Source: an uncultured Actinomycetota bacterium
Lineage (GTDB): Bacteria > Actinomycetota > Actinomycetes > Propionibacteriales > Nocardioidaceae
Assembly: GCA_963704295.1 (NCBI GenBank)
Contig: OY969884.1
Coordinates: 656,812 to 720,811, forward strand
Reading direction: 5' to 3'
DNA length: 64,000 nucleotides
The translations under genes were made by a program, and so were the position numbers. This document shows positions 50,546 through 61,198 of this stretch, piece after piece. The first letter of the stretch is position 1, and the number at the start of each line of letters is the position of its first letter. Under the pieces are notes generated by a model. That model was not told the DNA's origin. It saw only the letters and a list, made by a program, of their open reading frames with translations, and did no database searches.

Positions 50546-51661
50546 TCACCGTGTGAGCACGACCAGGTCGTCGCGGTGCACGACCTCGCGCTCGTACGAC
50601 GGCCCGAGCATCCGGGCCAGCTCGCGGGTGGAGTGGCCGAGCAGGTCCGGCAGCTCGGCGCTGTCGTAGTTGACCAGCCCGCGAGCGACCAGCCCACCGT
50701 CCGCGGCGACGAGGTCGACCGGGTCCCCGGCGCTGAAACCCCCTTCGACGGCGACGATGCCGGCCGGCAGCAGCGAGGCGCGCCGGTCGGTGACGGCGCG
50801 CACGGCGCCCTCGTCGAGCACGAGCCGGCCGCGACCCTCGGTGGCGTGGGCGAGCCACAGCAGCCGGGTCGGGCGGCGGCGGCCGGTCGGATGGAACCGG
50901 GTGCCGACGCGGGCCCCGGCCAGCGCGGCCGCGGCGTTGTCAGGCGTGGTGAGCACCACCGGGATGCCGGCTCCGGTGGCGATCCGAGCCGCCTCGACCT
51001 TGGTCACCATCCCGCCCGTGCCGGGCCCGGGCGCTGCGGTGCGGCCGAGCTCCACGCCGTCCAAGTCGGCGAGGTCGCGCACGTCCGGCACCAGGTGCGC
51101 ACGGCCGGACCGGGGGTCGCCGTCGTGCAGTCCGTCCACGTCGGACAGCAGGACCAGCAGGTCCGCGTGCACGAGGTGGGCGACCAGCGCGGCCAGCCGG
51201 TCGTTGTCGCCGAACCGGATCTCGGTGGTGGCGACGGTGTCGTTCTCGTTCACCACCGGGACCGCGCCGAGCTCCAGCAGCGTGGCGAACGTGCGGTAGG
51301 CGTTGCGGTAGTGCCCTCGCCGGGTGACGTCGTCCAGGGTGAGCAGCACCTGTCCGGTGACCAGCCGGTGCCGGGCGAACCGGTCGGCGTACCGGTGCAC
51401 GAGCAGTCCCTGCCCCACTGACGCCGCCGCCTGCTGGGCGGCCAGTCCCCGGGGCCGACGGGACAGGCCGAGCGGCGCCAACCCGGCCGCGATCGCACCG
51501 GAGCTGACCAGCACCACCTCGTCGCCGCCGATCCGGGTCGCCGCCAGCACATCCACCAGCGCGTCCAGCCGATCGCCGTCCAGGCCGCCGCTCGTGGTGG
51601 TGAGCGACGACGAGCCGACCTTGACCACCACCCGGCGGGTGCCGGGCCGCGCGGTGCTCAC
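50546..51661 (-). CDS. proB: glutamate 5-kinase (with PUA domain)
   Basis: It contains [11 protein letters not shown] and NENDTVAT, with a C-terminal PUA region. The GTG start overlaps the ileS stop (GTGA). Confidence 0.95.
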   Translation of the reverse strand: MSTARPGTRRVVVKVGSSSLTTTSGGLDGDRLDALVDVLAATRIGGDEVVLVSSGAIAAGLAPLGLSRRPRGLAAQQAAASVGQGLLVHRYADRFARHRLVTGQVLLTLDDVTRRGHYRNAYRTFATLLELGAVPVVNENDTVATTEIRFGDNDRLAALVAHLVHADLLVLLSDVDGLHDGDPRSGRAHLVPDVRDLADLDGVELGRTAAPGPGTGGMVTKVEAARIATGAGIPVVLTTPDNAAAALAGARVGTRFHPTGRRRPTRLLWLAHATEGRGRLVLDEGAVRAVTDRRASLLPAGIVAVEGGFSAGDPVDLVAADGGLVARGLVNYDSAELPDLLGHSTRELARMLGPSYEREVVHRDDLVVLTR

Positions 51662-54600
51662 CGGGCGTGCTCCACGGTGACCCGCGCCTTGAGCCCCTCC
51701 CCCACCACGGCGTCGACGGACTGCTCGGCCGGGACGGTGCCCAGCTCGAGCACGACGGCGAGGGTCTCCCGGCTGATCATGTCCCGGTGCCGGTCCGCTG
51801 CCTCGGTGACGTCGTCACCACCGTCGATCCCCAGCCGGATCCGGTCGGAGACGGCCAGCCCTGCGTCGCGGCGGGCCTGCTGCACCACGCGGACCAGGTC
51901 TCGGGCCACACCCTCGATGGCGAGGCTCTCGCTGACCGCGGTGTCCAACACCACGAAGCCACCGGACGGGAGCACGCTGGAGGCGAGCGTCTGGGCGCCG
52001 GGCGCCGCGTCGCGCTCCGGGTCGGCGGTCTCGACCACGGTCTCGACGTCGTACTCACCGGGCTCCAGCCGCACCCCGCCCGCGACAACGGGCCCGTCCG
52101 ACGGCGCGGACCAGTCGCCGGCCTTCGCCGCGCGGATGGCCACCTGCACGTCCTTTCCGAGGCGCGGACCGGCCGCCCGCGGGTTGACCACCAGCCGCGA
52201 GGTGACGCCGACGTCCGCCCGGTCCGGGGTGGTGAGGACGACGTCGTGCACGTTGACCTCCGCGGCGATCAGCGCCGCGTACGGGTCCAGCGCGTCCGCA
52301 TCGGCTACCGCGACGGTGAGCCGCTGCAGCGGCTGGCGCACCCGAAGCCCGGCTGCCTTGCGCAGGCGCAGCACGACCGAGCAGACCTCGCGGACGGCAT
52401 CCATCGCGGTCACCAGGTCACGGTCAGCGGGCAGCGCGTCGGCGTCCGGCCAGTCGGTGAGATGCACGCTGCGCTCGCCGGTCAGGCCACGGTAGACCGC
52501 CTCGCTGGCCAGCGGCAGCAGCGGCGACGTCACCCGGGTCAGCACGTGCAGAGCGGTCCACAGCGTGTCGAACGCAGCCGCATCTCCGTCCCAGAACCGC
52601 TGCCGGGAGCGGCGCACGTACCAGTTCGTGAGCATCTCGAGGTGCTCGCGCACCGTCTGGCACGCGGCTGCGACGTCGAACCGGTCCATCTGCTCCCCGA
52701 GGTCCAGCACGAGGTCGTGCACCTTGGCCAGCAGGTAGCGGTCCAGCACGGACTCGGAGTCGGTCCGCCAGCCCGCCTCGTGGGACGAGACGTCGGCGTA
52801 CAGGGCGAAGAAGTACCACGCATTCCACAGCGGGATCAGCACCTGCCGGACGCCGTCGCGAACCCCTTGCTCGGTGACGATCAGGTTGCCCCCGCGAAGC
52901 ACCGGCGAGCTCATCAGGAACCAGCGCATCGCGTCCGATCCGTGCCGGTCGAAGACGCCGGTGACGTCGGGGTAGTTGCGCAGGCTCTTGCTCATCTTCC
53001 GACCGTCCGACCCGAGGACGATGCCGTGCACGACGGCGGATTGGAAGGCGGGCCGGTCGAACAGCGCCGTCGCCAGGACGTGCAGGGTGTAGAACCAGGC
53101 CTTGGTCTGGCCGACGTACTCGACGATGAAGTCACCGGGGTAGTGGTGCTCGAACCACTCGGCGTTCTCGAACGGATAGTGCACCTGCGCGAACGGCATC
53201 GACCCGGACTCGAACCAGCAGTCCAGAACCTCCGGCACCCGGCGCATGGTCGAGCGACCGGTGGGGTCGTCCGGATTGGGACGGGTCAGCTCGTCGACGT
53301 ACGGACGGTGCAGGTCGGTGGGGCGCCGGAACCCCTGCGGGCCGAAGTCCCGCTCGATCTCGTCCAGCGAGCCGTACACGTCGGTGCGCGGGTATGCCGG
53401 GTCGTCGGAGCGCCACACCGGGATCGGGCTGCCCCAGTACCGGTTCCGGCTGATCGACCAGTCCCTCGCGTTCGCCAGCCACTTTCCGAACGACCCGTCC
53501 TTGACGTGGCCCGGAACCCAGTGGATCTGCTCGTTCAGCTCCAGCATCCGCTCCTTGAGCCGGGTCACCTCGACGAACCACGACGTGACGGCGCGGTAGA
53601 TCAGCGGGTTGTCACACCGCCAGCAGTGCGGGTAGGGGTGCTCGTAGGTCTCGTGCCGCACCAGGACCCCGGCGTCGCGCAGATGCCTCGCGATCGGGCG
53701 GTTCGCCTCGAAGACGTGCTGACCGGCGTACGGCGGCACCTCCGCGGTGAACCGGCCCTGCGCGTCGACGGGGACCACCGGGTCGATCCCTGCCTCGTCA
53801 GCGGCGGCCTTGTCCTCCTCGCCGAAGGCGGGCGCCATATGCACGATCCCGGTGCCGTCCTCGGTGGTGACGTAGTCGGCGGCAAGGATCTGGTGCGCGT
53901 TCGGGCGCCCGGTGAAGAAGTCGAACGGCGGGCTGTAGCGCCGGCCGACAAGGTCCGAACCTCGTAGCGTCTCGACGACCGTCGGCTCCGCACCGAGCTC
54001 ACGCGCGTACGACGCGACCCTGGCCGCGGCGAGCAGCAGCCGCTGGCCGACCCACTCGCCCTCGCGCGGCTGAACGACGACGTAGTCGATGTCGGGGTGC
54101 ACCGCCATCGCCAGGTTGCTCGGCAACGTCCAGGGGGTGGTGGTCCAGACCAGCGCCAGCTCGCCGGTCTCGAGCCGCAGCCCGACCGTCACGGCCGGGT
54201 CCTGCCGCGGGCGGTAGACGTCGTCGAGCCGGGTCTCGGCGTTGGACAGCGGGGTCTCGCACCGCCAGCAGTAGGCGAGCACCCGGAAGCCCTCGTAGAT
54301 CAGCCCCTTGTCCCACAGCGAGCGGAACGCCCACATCACCGACTCCATGTAGTCGGTGTCGAGGGTCTTGTAGTCGTTGTCGAAGTCGACCCAGCGCGCC
54401 TGCCTGGTGACGTACTCCTGCCACTCCTGCGTGTAGCGCAACACCGCCGTCCGGCAGGTGTCGTTGAACGCGGCGACCCCCATCTCCTCGATCTCGGACT
54501 TGTGCCCGATGCCCAGCCGCTTCTCCGCGTCCACCTCGGCCGGCAGCCCGTGACAGTCCCACCCGAAGCGCCGCTCCACCCGGCGCCCGCGCATCGTCTG

Positions 54601-54843
54601 GTAGCGAGGGACGACGTCCTTGACATACCCGGTGAGCAGGTGCCCGTAGTGCGGCAGGCCGTTCGCGAACGGGGGGCCGTCGTAGAAGACGAACTCGTTG
54701 TCCCCGTCGGTCCCGGCGTCTCGCTGCTCGACCGAGGCGACGAAGGTCCGGTCGGTGCGCCAGTGCTCCAGCACCATCTCTTCCAGGGCGGGGAAGTCGG
54801 GGGTCGCAGGCACCTGATCGGCGCCCGCCTTGGGGTACGTCAT
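51658..54843 (-). CDS. ileS: isoleucine--tRNA ligase (type 2, eukaryote-like form common in actinobacteria)
   Basis: 1061 aa from ATG 54843. The HIGH motif is [15 protein letters not shown] and the KMSKS motif is [11 protein letters not shown]. Confidence 0.96.
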   Translation of the reverse strand: MTYPKAGADQVPATPDFPALEEMVLEHWRTDRTFVASVEQRDAGTDGDNEFVFYDGPPFANGLPHYGHLLTGYVKDVVPRYQTMRGRRVERRFGWDCHGLPAEVDAEKRLGIGHKSEIEEMGVAAFNDTCRTAVLRYTQEWQEYVTRQARWVDFDNDYKTLDTDYMESVMWAFRSLWDKGLIYEGFRVLAYCWRCETPLSNAETRLDDVYRPRQDPAVTVGLRLETGELALVWTTTPWTLPSNLAMAVHPDIDYVVVQPREGEWVGQRLLLAAARVASYARELGAEPTVVETLRGSDLVGRRYSPPFDFFTGRPNAHQILAADYVTTEDGTGIVHMAPAFGEEDKAAADEAGIDPVVPVDAQGRFTAEVPPYAGQHVFEANRPIARHLRDAGVLVRHETYEHPYPHCWRCDNPLIYRAVTSWFVEVTRLKERMLELNEQIHWVPGHVKDGSFGKWLANARDWSISRNRYWGSPIPVWRSDDPAYPRTDVYGSLDEIERDFGPQGFRRPTDLHRPYVDELTRPNPDDPTGRSTMRRVPEVLDCWFESGSMPFAQVHYPFENAEWFEHHYPGDFIVEYVGQTKAWFYTLHVLATALFDRPAFQSAVVHGIVLGSDGRKMSKSLRNYPDVTGVFDRHGSDAMRWFLMSSPVLRGGNLIVTEQGVRDGVRQVLIPLWNAWYFFALYADVSSHEAGWRTDSESVLDRYLLAKVHDLVLDLGEQMDRFDVAAACQTVREHLEMLTNWYVRRSRQRFWDGDAAAFDTLWTALHVLTRVTSPLLPLASEAVYRGLTGERSVHLTDWPDADALPADRDLVTAMDAVREVCSVVLRLRKAAGLRVRQPLQRLTVAVADADALDPYAALIAAEVNVHDVVLTTPDRADVGVTSRLVVNPRAAGPRLGKDVQVAIRAAKAGDWSAPSDGPVVAGGVRLEPGEYDVETVVETADPERDAAPGAQTLASSVLPSGGFVVLDTAVSESLAIEGVARDLVRVVQQARRDAGLAVSDRIRLGIDGGDDVTEAADRHRDMISRETLAVVLELGTVPAEQSVDAVVGEGLKARVTVEHAR

Positions 54844-55110
54844 CGCACTCCTGCTCCGTCGGCACCGGGTCGGGACCGATGCGCTGGTCGGGGTGCGAGG
54901 ACGACGCCGCCGGATCCCCCCGGTCACGCCGCGGTACCACCTCGCTTGCCGGTCCCCCCTCGCGAGGTCGGACCGACCGCTCGTGCCCGGCTGTGACGGG
55001 CCGCTCCCGTCCGGTTCTACTGAGGTGGCCGCCGGCGTGCGGCACCCGTTCTCCCGGAGGCTCGCCGGTGATGGCCGGGTCGATGCCTGTATGCCGCATC
55101 GTAGCGACGC
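54844..55110 (-). promoter_or_regulatory. T-box riboswitch leader of ileS
   Basis: The T-box core GGUGGUACCGCGG lies at 54941..54929 on the minus strand, and UGGU matches an A73 discriminator. AUC triplets are available as an Ile specifier (GGCCAUCACC, GGCAUCGAC). The SD GGAGCAGGAG lies just before the AUG, and UCGCAC (upstream) is complementary to GUGCGA at the start codon. Confidence 0.75.
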
Positions 55111-55146
55111 CTGGCAACCGGGTATCCGCAGCGGGGCGCCCCGCGG

Positions 55147-56502
55147 TCAGCCGACTCGCGGATCCTCGCCGCGCCGGCCGAGCAGCGTCTCCGCCCCAGC
55201 CTCGACCGCGGGGTCGAAGTCGAACACGACCGGGTCGTCGCCCGCGCCGATCGCCACCGCGTCGCCGGGCTCGGCGCCCAGCTCGAGCAGCCGTTCCTCG
55301 ACCCCCAGCCGGGCCAACCTGTCGGCGAGGAAGCCGACCGCCTCGTCGTTGGCGAAGTCGGTCTGGCGGACCCATCGCTCCGGCTTGCGGCCGCGCACCC
55401 GCCACACCTCGCCCTGCCGGGCCACGGTGAACTCCGGCCCGGAAACCGCCGGCGGGTGCAGCACGATCCGGGTCGCCTCGGGCGCCGGGCGGGCGGCCCG
55501 CACCGCGGCCACCACCTCGGCCATCGCGTACGACAGCTCACGCAGCCCCGCCCGGGTCGCCGCGGAGATGGCGAGCACCCGAAGCCCACGGGCCTCGAGG
55601 TCGAGGCGGACCAGCTCGGCGAGCTCATTCCCCTCGGGGACGTCCGTCTTGTTCAGCGCCACCAACCGCGGCCGGTCGTCCAGCCCGCCGTAGCGGGCGA
55701 GCTCCCGCTCGATCACGTCGAGGTCGGTCAGAGGGTCGCGGCCCGGCTCCAGGGTGGCGCAGTCGACGACGTGCACCAGCGCCGCGCAGCGCTCGACGTG
55801 ACGCAGGAAGTCATGACCGAGGCCACGGCCCTCGCTGGCTCCCTCGATCAGCCCGGGCACGTCGGCGACGGTGAACGTGGTGTCCCCGGCGGTGACCACA
55901 CCAAGGTTGGGCACCAGCGTGGTGAACGGGTAGTCGGCGATCTTGGGTCGAGCCCGGGAGATCGCCGCGACCAGGCTGGACTTCCCCGCGCTGGGGAAGC
56001 CGACCAGGCCTACGTCGGCGACCACCTTGAGCTCGAGCACGATGGACACGTCGTCGCCCGGCTCCCCGAGCAGGGCGAAACCCGGCGCCTTGCGCTTGGC
56101 CGAGGCGAGCGCGGCGTTGCCGAGCCCGCCACGACCGCCGGCCGCCACCACCAGCTCGGTGCCGGCGCCGACGAGGTCGGCGAGCACGTCACCGCGTGGT
56201 CCGCGGACCAGCGTGCCCTCCGGCACCGGCAGCACCAGCCGGTCTCCGTTTGCGCCGTGCCGGTGCGAGCCACTGCCGTGTCCGCCGTGACCGGCCCGCC
56301 GGTGCGACTCATGGTGGTAGTCGACGAGCGTGGTGACCCCCGGGTCCACGCGCAGCACGACGTCACCGCCGTTGCCGCCGTTGCCGCCGTCCGGCCCACC
56401 GAGGGGTTTGAACTTCTCCCGGTGCACCGAGGCCACCCCGTTGCCGCCGCGGCCCGCTGTGACGCGCAGCGCCACGCGGTCGACAAACGTCGGAACCGCC
56501 AC
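55147..56502 (-). CDS. obgE: GTPase Obg/CgtA
   Basis: It contains [26 protein letters not shown], Gly-rich Obg-fold repeats and the G1 motif [10 protein letters not shown]. Confidence 0.96.
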   Translation of the reverse strand: MAVPTFVDRVALRVTAGRGGNGVASVHREKFKPLGGPDGGNGGNGGDVVLRVDPGVTTLVDYHHESHRRAGHGGHGSGSHRHGANGDRLVLPVPEGTLVRGPRGDVLADLVGAGTELVVAAGGRGGLGNAALASAKRKAPGFALLGEPGDDVSIVLELKVVADVGLVGFPSAGKSSLVAAISRARPKIADYPFTTLVPNLGVVTAGDTTFTVADVPGLIEGASEGRGLGHDFLRHVERCAALVHVVDCATLEPGRDPLTDLDVIERELARYGGLDDRPRLVALNKTDVPEGNELAELVRLDLEARGLRVLAISAATRAGLRELSYAMAEVVAAVRAARPAPEATRIVLHPPAVSGPEFTVARQGEVWRVRGRKPERWVRQTDFANDEAVGFLADRLARLGVEERLLELGAEPGDAVAIGAGDDPVVFDFDPAVEAGAETLLGRRGEDPRVG

Positions 56503-56555
56503 GGGTTGCTCCCTTCATCAAGCGGAAGGGGGGCCGGGTGCTGTGCGTCAGGCGC

Positions 56556-56816
56556 TCACTCCGCGGCGGACGACACCACGTTGATGACCCGGCGCCCGCG
56601 ACGGGTGCCGAACTCGACGGCACCCTCGATCAGCGCGAACAGCGTGTCGTCGCTGCCGCGGCCCACGCCGGCGCCGGGGTGGAAGTGGGTGCCGCGCTGC
56701 CGGACGATGATCTCGCCCGCGTTGACCTGCTGGCCACCGAACCGCTTCACTCCGAGCCGCTGTGCGTTCGAGTCCCGACCGTTCCGGGTCGAGGCCGCAC
56801 CCTTCTTGTGTGCCAT
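56556..56816 (-). CDS. rpmA: 50S ribosomal protein L27
   Basis: The sequence begins [29 protein letters not shown]. Confidence 0.97.
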   Translation of the reverse strand: MAHKKGAASTRNGRDSNAQRLGVKRFGGQQVNAGEIIVRQRGTHFHPGAGVGRGSDDTLFALIEGAVEFGTRRGRRVINVVSSAAE

Positions 56817-56830
56817 GCGTCCGTCCTCGC

Positions 56831-57139
56831 TCAGCTGGTGATGTCAGTGACCTTGACCCGGGTGTAGCGCTGGCGGTGGCCCTGGCGCTTCCGGTATCCG
56901 GTCTTGTTCTTGTACTTCAGGATGGTGATCTTGGGGCCGAGCGTGTTGTCGAGGACCTCGGCGGTCACCGACACCTTCGCCAGCTTGGCGGCGTCGGAGG
57001 TCACCGACTCGCCATCGACGAGCAGGACAGCCGGCAGGGTCAGGGTGTCGCCGGGCTCGTCGGCCACCCGGTCGATCTGGATGACGTCGCCGACGGCAAC
57101 CCTCTGCTGCCCGCCGCCGCTGCGCACGATCGCGTACAC
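56831..57139 (-). CDS. rplU: 50S ribosomal protein L21
   Basis: 102 aa from GTG 57139, containing [14 protein letters not shown] and [16 protein letters not shown]. Confidence 0.95.
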   Translation of the reverse strand: MYAIVRSGGGQQRVAVGDVIQIDRVADEPGDTLTLPAVLLVDGESVTSDAAKLAKVSVTAEVLDNTLGPKITILKYKNKTGYRKRQGHRQRYTRVKVTDITS

Positions 57140-57265
57140 GCCTGGCTCACCTTCTGCTGGTCCGAAAAAGTCGGGTCGCGCGCCGGTGGCACGCCAGATC
57201 AGCGTGCAGACCACGCCGACCGTCGATTGTACGGACGCGTCGCTCCGCCGGTCAAAACGATCCCG

Positions 57266-60061
57266 TCAGGCGTCGGCGGTTGCCGGCGTCGGCGGGGCGG
57301 TCTTGCGGGTCACCCGCTTGCGGGTGGCCTTCTTTCGCGGGGTGATCGCCTCACCCAGCTCGGGCCCCGGCGCCGGCTGGTCGAGCGTGGGTCGTGGACC
57401 GGTCCCGTCCTGCTCGGACGGCTCCTTCCGGTCTGCGCCTGCACTGCTGTCGGCCGCCGCCTCGGCGGCACTCTGCGTCGCCGCGGGCTGTTCCGCCGGG
57501 GACTCCACCGGGGACTCCGCCGGGGACTCCGTAGGCACCTCCGCCGGGGACTCCGCCGGCTTCTGCTCGGATGGCCGCTCCGCCTGGTCGGCCGGCTTGC
57601 CGGCCGGCTTCGCGCCGCTGCGCCGGCGGCCGCGCTTGCCGCGGTCGTCGTCGCCGTCCTTGCCGGACGGCTCCACCGGCTCGGGGTGCACGAGCAGACC
57701 GCGGCCGCCGCAGTGCTCGCACGACTCGCTGAAGACCTCCAGCAGGCCGGTCCCGATCTTCTTCCGGGTCATCTGGACCAGGCCGAGTGAGGTCACCTCG
57801 GCGACTTGGTGCCGGGTGCGGTCCCGGGACAGGCACTCCACCATGCGCCGCAGCACCAGGTCCCGGTTGGACTCCAGCACCATGTCGATGAAGTCCACGA
57901 CGATGATCCCGCCGATGTCACGCAGCCGGAGCTGGCGGACGATCTCCTCCGCCGCCTCCAGGTTGTTCTTGGTGACGGTTTCCTCGAGGTTTCCGCCGGA
58001 GCCGGTGAACTTGCCGGTGTTCACGTCGACGACCGTCATCGCCTCGGTGCGGTCGATGACCAGCGATCCACCGGAGGGCAGGAAGACCTTGCGCTCCAGC
58101 GCCTTGGCGATCTGCTCGTCGATGCGGTGGTCGGCGAAGACGTCACCGTCGCCCTCGTACCGCTTGCAGCGGTCGGCGAGATCCGGCGCGACGTGTCCCA
58201 CATAGGCCTGGATGTCGTCCCAGGCGTCGTCACCTTGCACGACGAGGGTGCCGAAGTCCTCTGTGAACAGGTCCCGCACGACCTTGATCATCAGATCCGG
58301 CTCACCGTAGAGCAGTTTCGGTCCCTGCCCCTTGTTCTTCGCCTTGGCGGCGATGTCCTCCCACCGCGCGGTCAGGGCGCCGATGTCGCGCGTCAGCTGG
58401 TCCTCGGTCGCCCCCTCGGCGGCGGTCCGGATGATCACGCCGGCGTCGTCCGGGACAACGCCCTTCAGCAGACCCTTGAGCCGGGACCGCTCGCCCTCGT
58501 GCAGCTTGCGGGAGATGCCACTGGTGTGGCCGTTCGGCACGTACACGAGGAACCGGCCCGGCAGGCTGACCTGGCCGGTGAGCCGGGCGCCCTTGTGGCC
58601 GACCGGGTCCTTGGTCACCTGCACCAGGATGTGCTGACCGGACGACAGCGCCTCCTCGATCCGGCGCGGCTTGCCGTCCATGCCGAGCGCCTTCCAGTCC
58701 ACCTCACCGGCGTACAGGACCGCGTTGCGGCCCTTGCCGATGTCGATGAACGCCGCCTCCATGCTGGGCAGCACGTTCTGCACCCGGCCGAGGTAGACGT
58801 TGCCGATGAGCGACGTCTGGGACTCGCGGGCGACGTAGTGCTCGACGAGGACGTTGTCCTCCAGCACCGCGATCTGGGTGAGGTCGTCGCGCTGGCGCAC
58901 GACCATCTCGCGCTGGACGGACTCCCGCCGGGCCAGGAACTCCGATTCGCTGAGGATCGGTGGCCGACGACGGACCGCCTCGCGGCCGTCCCGGCGGCGC
59001 TGCTTCTTCGCCTGCAGCCGGGTGGACCCCTCCACGCTGGTGATCTCCGCCTCGGCGGCGCGGCGCTCGCGCACCCGAACGACGGTGTTGTCCGGGTCGT
59101 CGTCCCCGGGATCGGTCGGGTCGCCCTTGCGGCGGCGGCGGCGCCGGCGCCGGCTGCTGGCGCTCCCGCCCTCCGGCTCGCCCGCCTCGTCGTCGGTGGC
59201 GGACTTCTTCGCCGGCTTCTTGTCGGTCTGCTTCTTGCTCTTCGTGTCGGCCTGGGAATCGGTCGTCGACTCGTCACCGGCATCCGCGGGCGAGCCGGTG
59301 TCCGTGTCACGGTTGTCCTCGTCACCGTCACCGGACTTGCGGCGGCGGCGACCGCCGCGCCGGCGACGCCGGCGCGGACCCGAGTCCGCCTCCTCGTCAG
59401 CTGAGCTGTCGCCGCCCGGCTCGCCGTCCCGTCCGATCGTGTCACCGTCGTCCCCGGAGTCACGGTCGGTCGAGGTGGCGGCGGCCGGATCGGCGGGCTT
59501 GAACAGCGGCACCACTGCCGTCCCGCCGGCGTCGGTGGCCTCGGTGCTTCCCGGGGACGGCTGGTCGCCGTCGGCGGCGGAAGCTGTCACCCCCGCGGCC
59601 GCTGCCTTCCGGGTGGACCGGCGGCGGCGCGTCGGCGCCTCACCGGGGTCAGCGGCGGAGAAGAGCGATCCGGTCGGCCCGGGCGACTGCTCCCCGTCGG
59701 CCGGTTCGGCGGACGCGGCGGGCTCGGCGGGCTCGGCGGGCTCGGCGGGCTCGGCGGAGACCTTCTTTGCCGCCGTCTTCTTGGCCGTGGTCTTCTTCGT
59801 CGCAGCCTTCGTGGCGGCGGTCTCCTTCGCGGTGGACTTCTTGGCGGCGGTCTTCCGCGCGGCCTTCTTCGCCGGGGCCGCCGCTTCCGGCTCCGAGGCG
59901 GGAGGGGTGTCCTGGTCACCGTCGACCGGTGGACCCGCGGGCCTGCTGGCCGCGCGACGGCGTCGGGTCGTGACCGTCACGGGCGGGGCGGCGCTCGTGG
60001 GCTGGTCGGCTGATCCGCCGTCCGGGGTTGGTTCGTCGCGGGGAGTTTCCTCGTCGAGCAT
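57266..60061 (-). CDS. rne: ribonuclease E (RNase E/G catalytic core flanked by long low-complexity Arg/Pro/Ala/Glu tails)
   Basis: The S1 domain is NVYLGRVQNVLPSMEAAFIDIGKGRNAVLY. The DNase-I-like core is VVDVNTGKFTG..IGGIIVVDFIDM. Repetitive N- and C-terminal extensions are present. Confidence 0.93.
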   Translation of the reverse strand: MLDEETPRDEPTPDGGSADQPTSAAPPVTVTTRRRRAASRPAGPPVDGDQDTPPASEPEAAAPAKKAARKTAAKKSTAKETAATKAATKKTTAKKTAAKKVSAEPAEPAEPAEPAASAEPADGEQSPGPTGSLFSAADPGEAPTRRRRSTRKAAAAGVTASAADGDQPSPGSTEATDAGGTAVVPLFKPADPAAATSTDRDSGDDGDTIGRDGEPGGDSSADEEADSGPRRRRRRGGRRRRKSGDGDEDNRDTDTGSPADAGDESTTDSQADTKSKKQTDKKPAKKSATDDEAGEPEGGSASSRRRRRRRRKGDPTDPGDDDPDNTVVRVRERRAAEAEITSVEGSTRLQAKKQRRRDGREAVRRRPPILSESEFLARRESVQREMVVRQRDDLTQIAVLEDNVLVEHYVARESQTSLIGNVYLGRVQNVLPSMEAAFIDIGKGRNAVLYAGEVDWKALGMDGKPRRIEEALSSGQHILVQVTKDPVGHKGARLTGQVSLPGRFLVYVPNGHTSGISRKLHEGERSRLKGLLKGVVPDDAGVIIRTAAEGATEDQLTRDIGALTARWEDIAAKAKNKGQGPKLLYGEPDLMIKVVRDLFTEDFGTLVVQGDDAWDDIQAYVGHVAPDLADRCKRYEGDGDVFADHRIDEQIAKALERKVFLPSGGSLVIDRTEAMTVVDVNTGKFTGSGGNLEETVTKNNLEAAEEIVRQLRLRDIGGIIVVDFIDMVLESNRDLVLRRMVECLSRDRTRHQVAEVTSLGLVQMTRKKIGTGLLEVFSESCEHCGGRGLLVHPEPVEPSGKDGDDDRGKRGRRRSGAKPAGKPADQAERPSEQKPAESPAEVPTESPAESPVESPAEQPAATQSAAEAAADSSAGADRKEPSEQDGTGPRPTLDQPAPGPELGEAITPRKKATRKRVTRKTAPPTPATADA

Positions 60062-60278
60062 CTGCTCTCCTCCGCCCCCGGGCGCTTCTGCGCCGCACGG
60101 GGGCCTGTCGTTCGCCAGGCTGGTCCGGTTCCGAACCAGGCGGGCGTAAGCCTGTGGTGCCCTCGGTCACCGGCGGGTGCCGGACCGAGCGGCGACGTTC
60201 CCTTGGTGCCACTGGACGAGTCCGCGCTGACCGCCGCGGTCGACGCGGGGTGCCGCTCCCTGGCCGGGAGCCGGCGAC

Positions 60279-61070
60279 TCACGTGTCGCGGTCGGGTGCC
60301 AACGGATCGCCCACCGAGCCGTCCCGCGGATCGATCGGCCCCTGAGCCAGGCGCTGCGCCATCGGCGCTGCGCTGGGCTCGAGACCGGCGACCGCACGGA
60401 GACCGGCGAGGACGTCGTCGGGTCGTACGGACGGTTCCCCGTGTCGAACGACCACCTCCAGTATCGCACACCGGTCTCCCGCACCCCCGGCATCAGGGTC
60501 CGAACCGGTGGTCGGCGCGTCGTCGACCGACTCGACCCGCAGGCTGATCACGGCTGCGCGGGCATCGAAGCTGCGCAGCCCGCGCTTGGTCATCCGGCTG
60601 ACCTCGACGCCGTCGGCAGCGAGGAAGGCGTCCACCGCCCGCGCCGCGGTCGCGGGCTCCACCCCCGGCAGCCGCAGCCGCCACCGGCTGGCCTGCAGCC
60701 GGTCGGCCAGCGAGCCGGGGGCGGCGGTCACGGCGTCCAGCACGTCCAGTCCGGGCGGCATCGCGGCGTCCAGCGCCGCCTGCACCGTCTCCGGCGGGCA
60801 GTCGGCGGCCAGCGCGACCTCGAGATACTCCGCCTCGCTCGCCGCCCCGGTCGGCGCCGCCCCCGCGTACGACAGCCGCGGGTGCGGGTTGAAGCCCGAG
60901 GAGTAGGCCACCGGCAGACCCGACCGGCGGACGGCCCGCTCGAAGGCGCGGCTGATGTCACGGTGACTGGTGAATCGCAGCCGACCCCGCTTGGCGTACC
61001 GGATGCGCACCCGCTGCACCGGCGGCGGCTGCTGCACCGGGGGCTGCTTCGCGGGGGGCGGGGGCGACAC
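60279..61070 (-). CDS. TIGR03936-family (DUF2344) radical-SAM-associated protein
   Basis: 263 aa from GTG 61070. It contains RIRYAKRGRLRFTSHRDISRAFERAVRRSGLPVAYSSGFNPHPRLSY. Its position directly upstream of rne matches other actinobacteria, from memory. Confidence 0.8.
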   Translation of the reverse strand: MSPPPPAKQPPVQQPPPVQRVRIRYAKRGRLRFTSHRDISRAFERAVRRSGLPVAYSSGFNPHPRLSYAGAAPTGAASEAEYLEVALAADCPPETVQAALDAAMPPGLDVLDAVTAAPGSLADRLQASRWRLRLPGVEPATAARAVDAFLAADGVEVSRMTKRGLRSFDARAAVISLRVESVDDAPTTGSDPDAGGAGDRCAILEVVVRHGEPSVRPDDVLAGLRAVAGLEPSAAPMAQRLAQGPIDPRDGSVGDPLAPDRDT

Positions 61071-61198
61071 GCGCCGGACCCTACTCGCGCAGCCGCGCCG
61101 ACCCCCCCGGGGCCGGGGGCCACACCGGTGATCATGCATACCGGTCGCCCGGGCGGCGGCGATGCAGCATCGTTGCCCCCATCTGGGAGAGGGAGACG

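Noticed and set aside
57164-57193. Hairpin GCGUGCC-ACC-GGCGCGC with a nearby U5 run upstream of rplU, considered as an rne terminator or L21 leader
   Set aside because: The U run begins 6 nt after the stem and is interrupted, so it is not a canonical intrinsic terminator. I know of no actinobacterial L21-leader family to compare it with. It is left unannotated.
60062-60278. Possible structured autoregulatory 5' UTR of rne
   Set aside because: The region is long and GC-rich with several short hairpins. I could not identify a specific conserved structure or motif by eye, so there is not enough evidence to call a feature.
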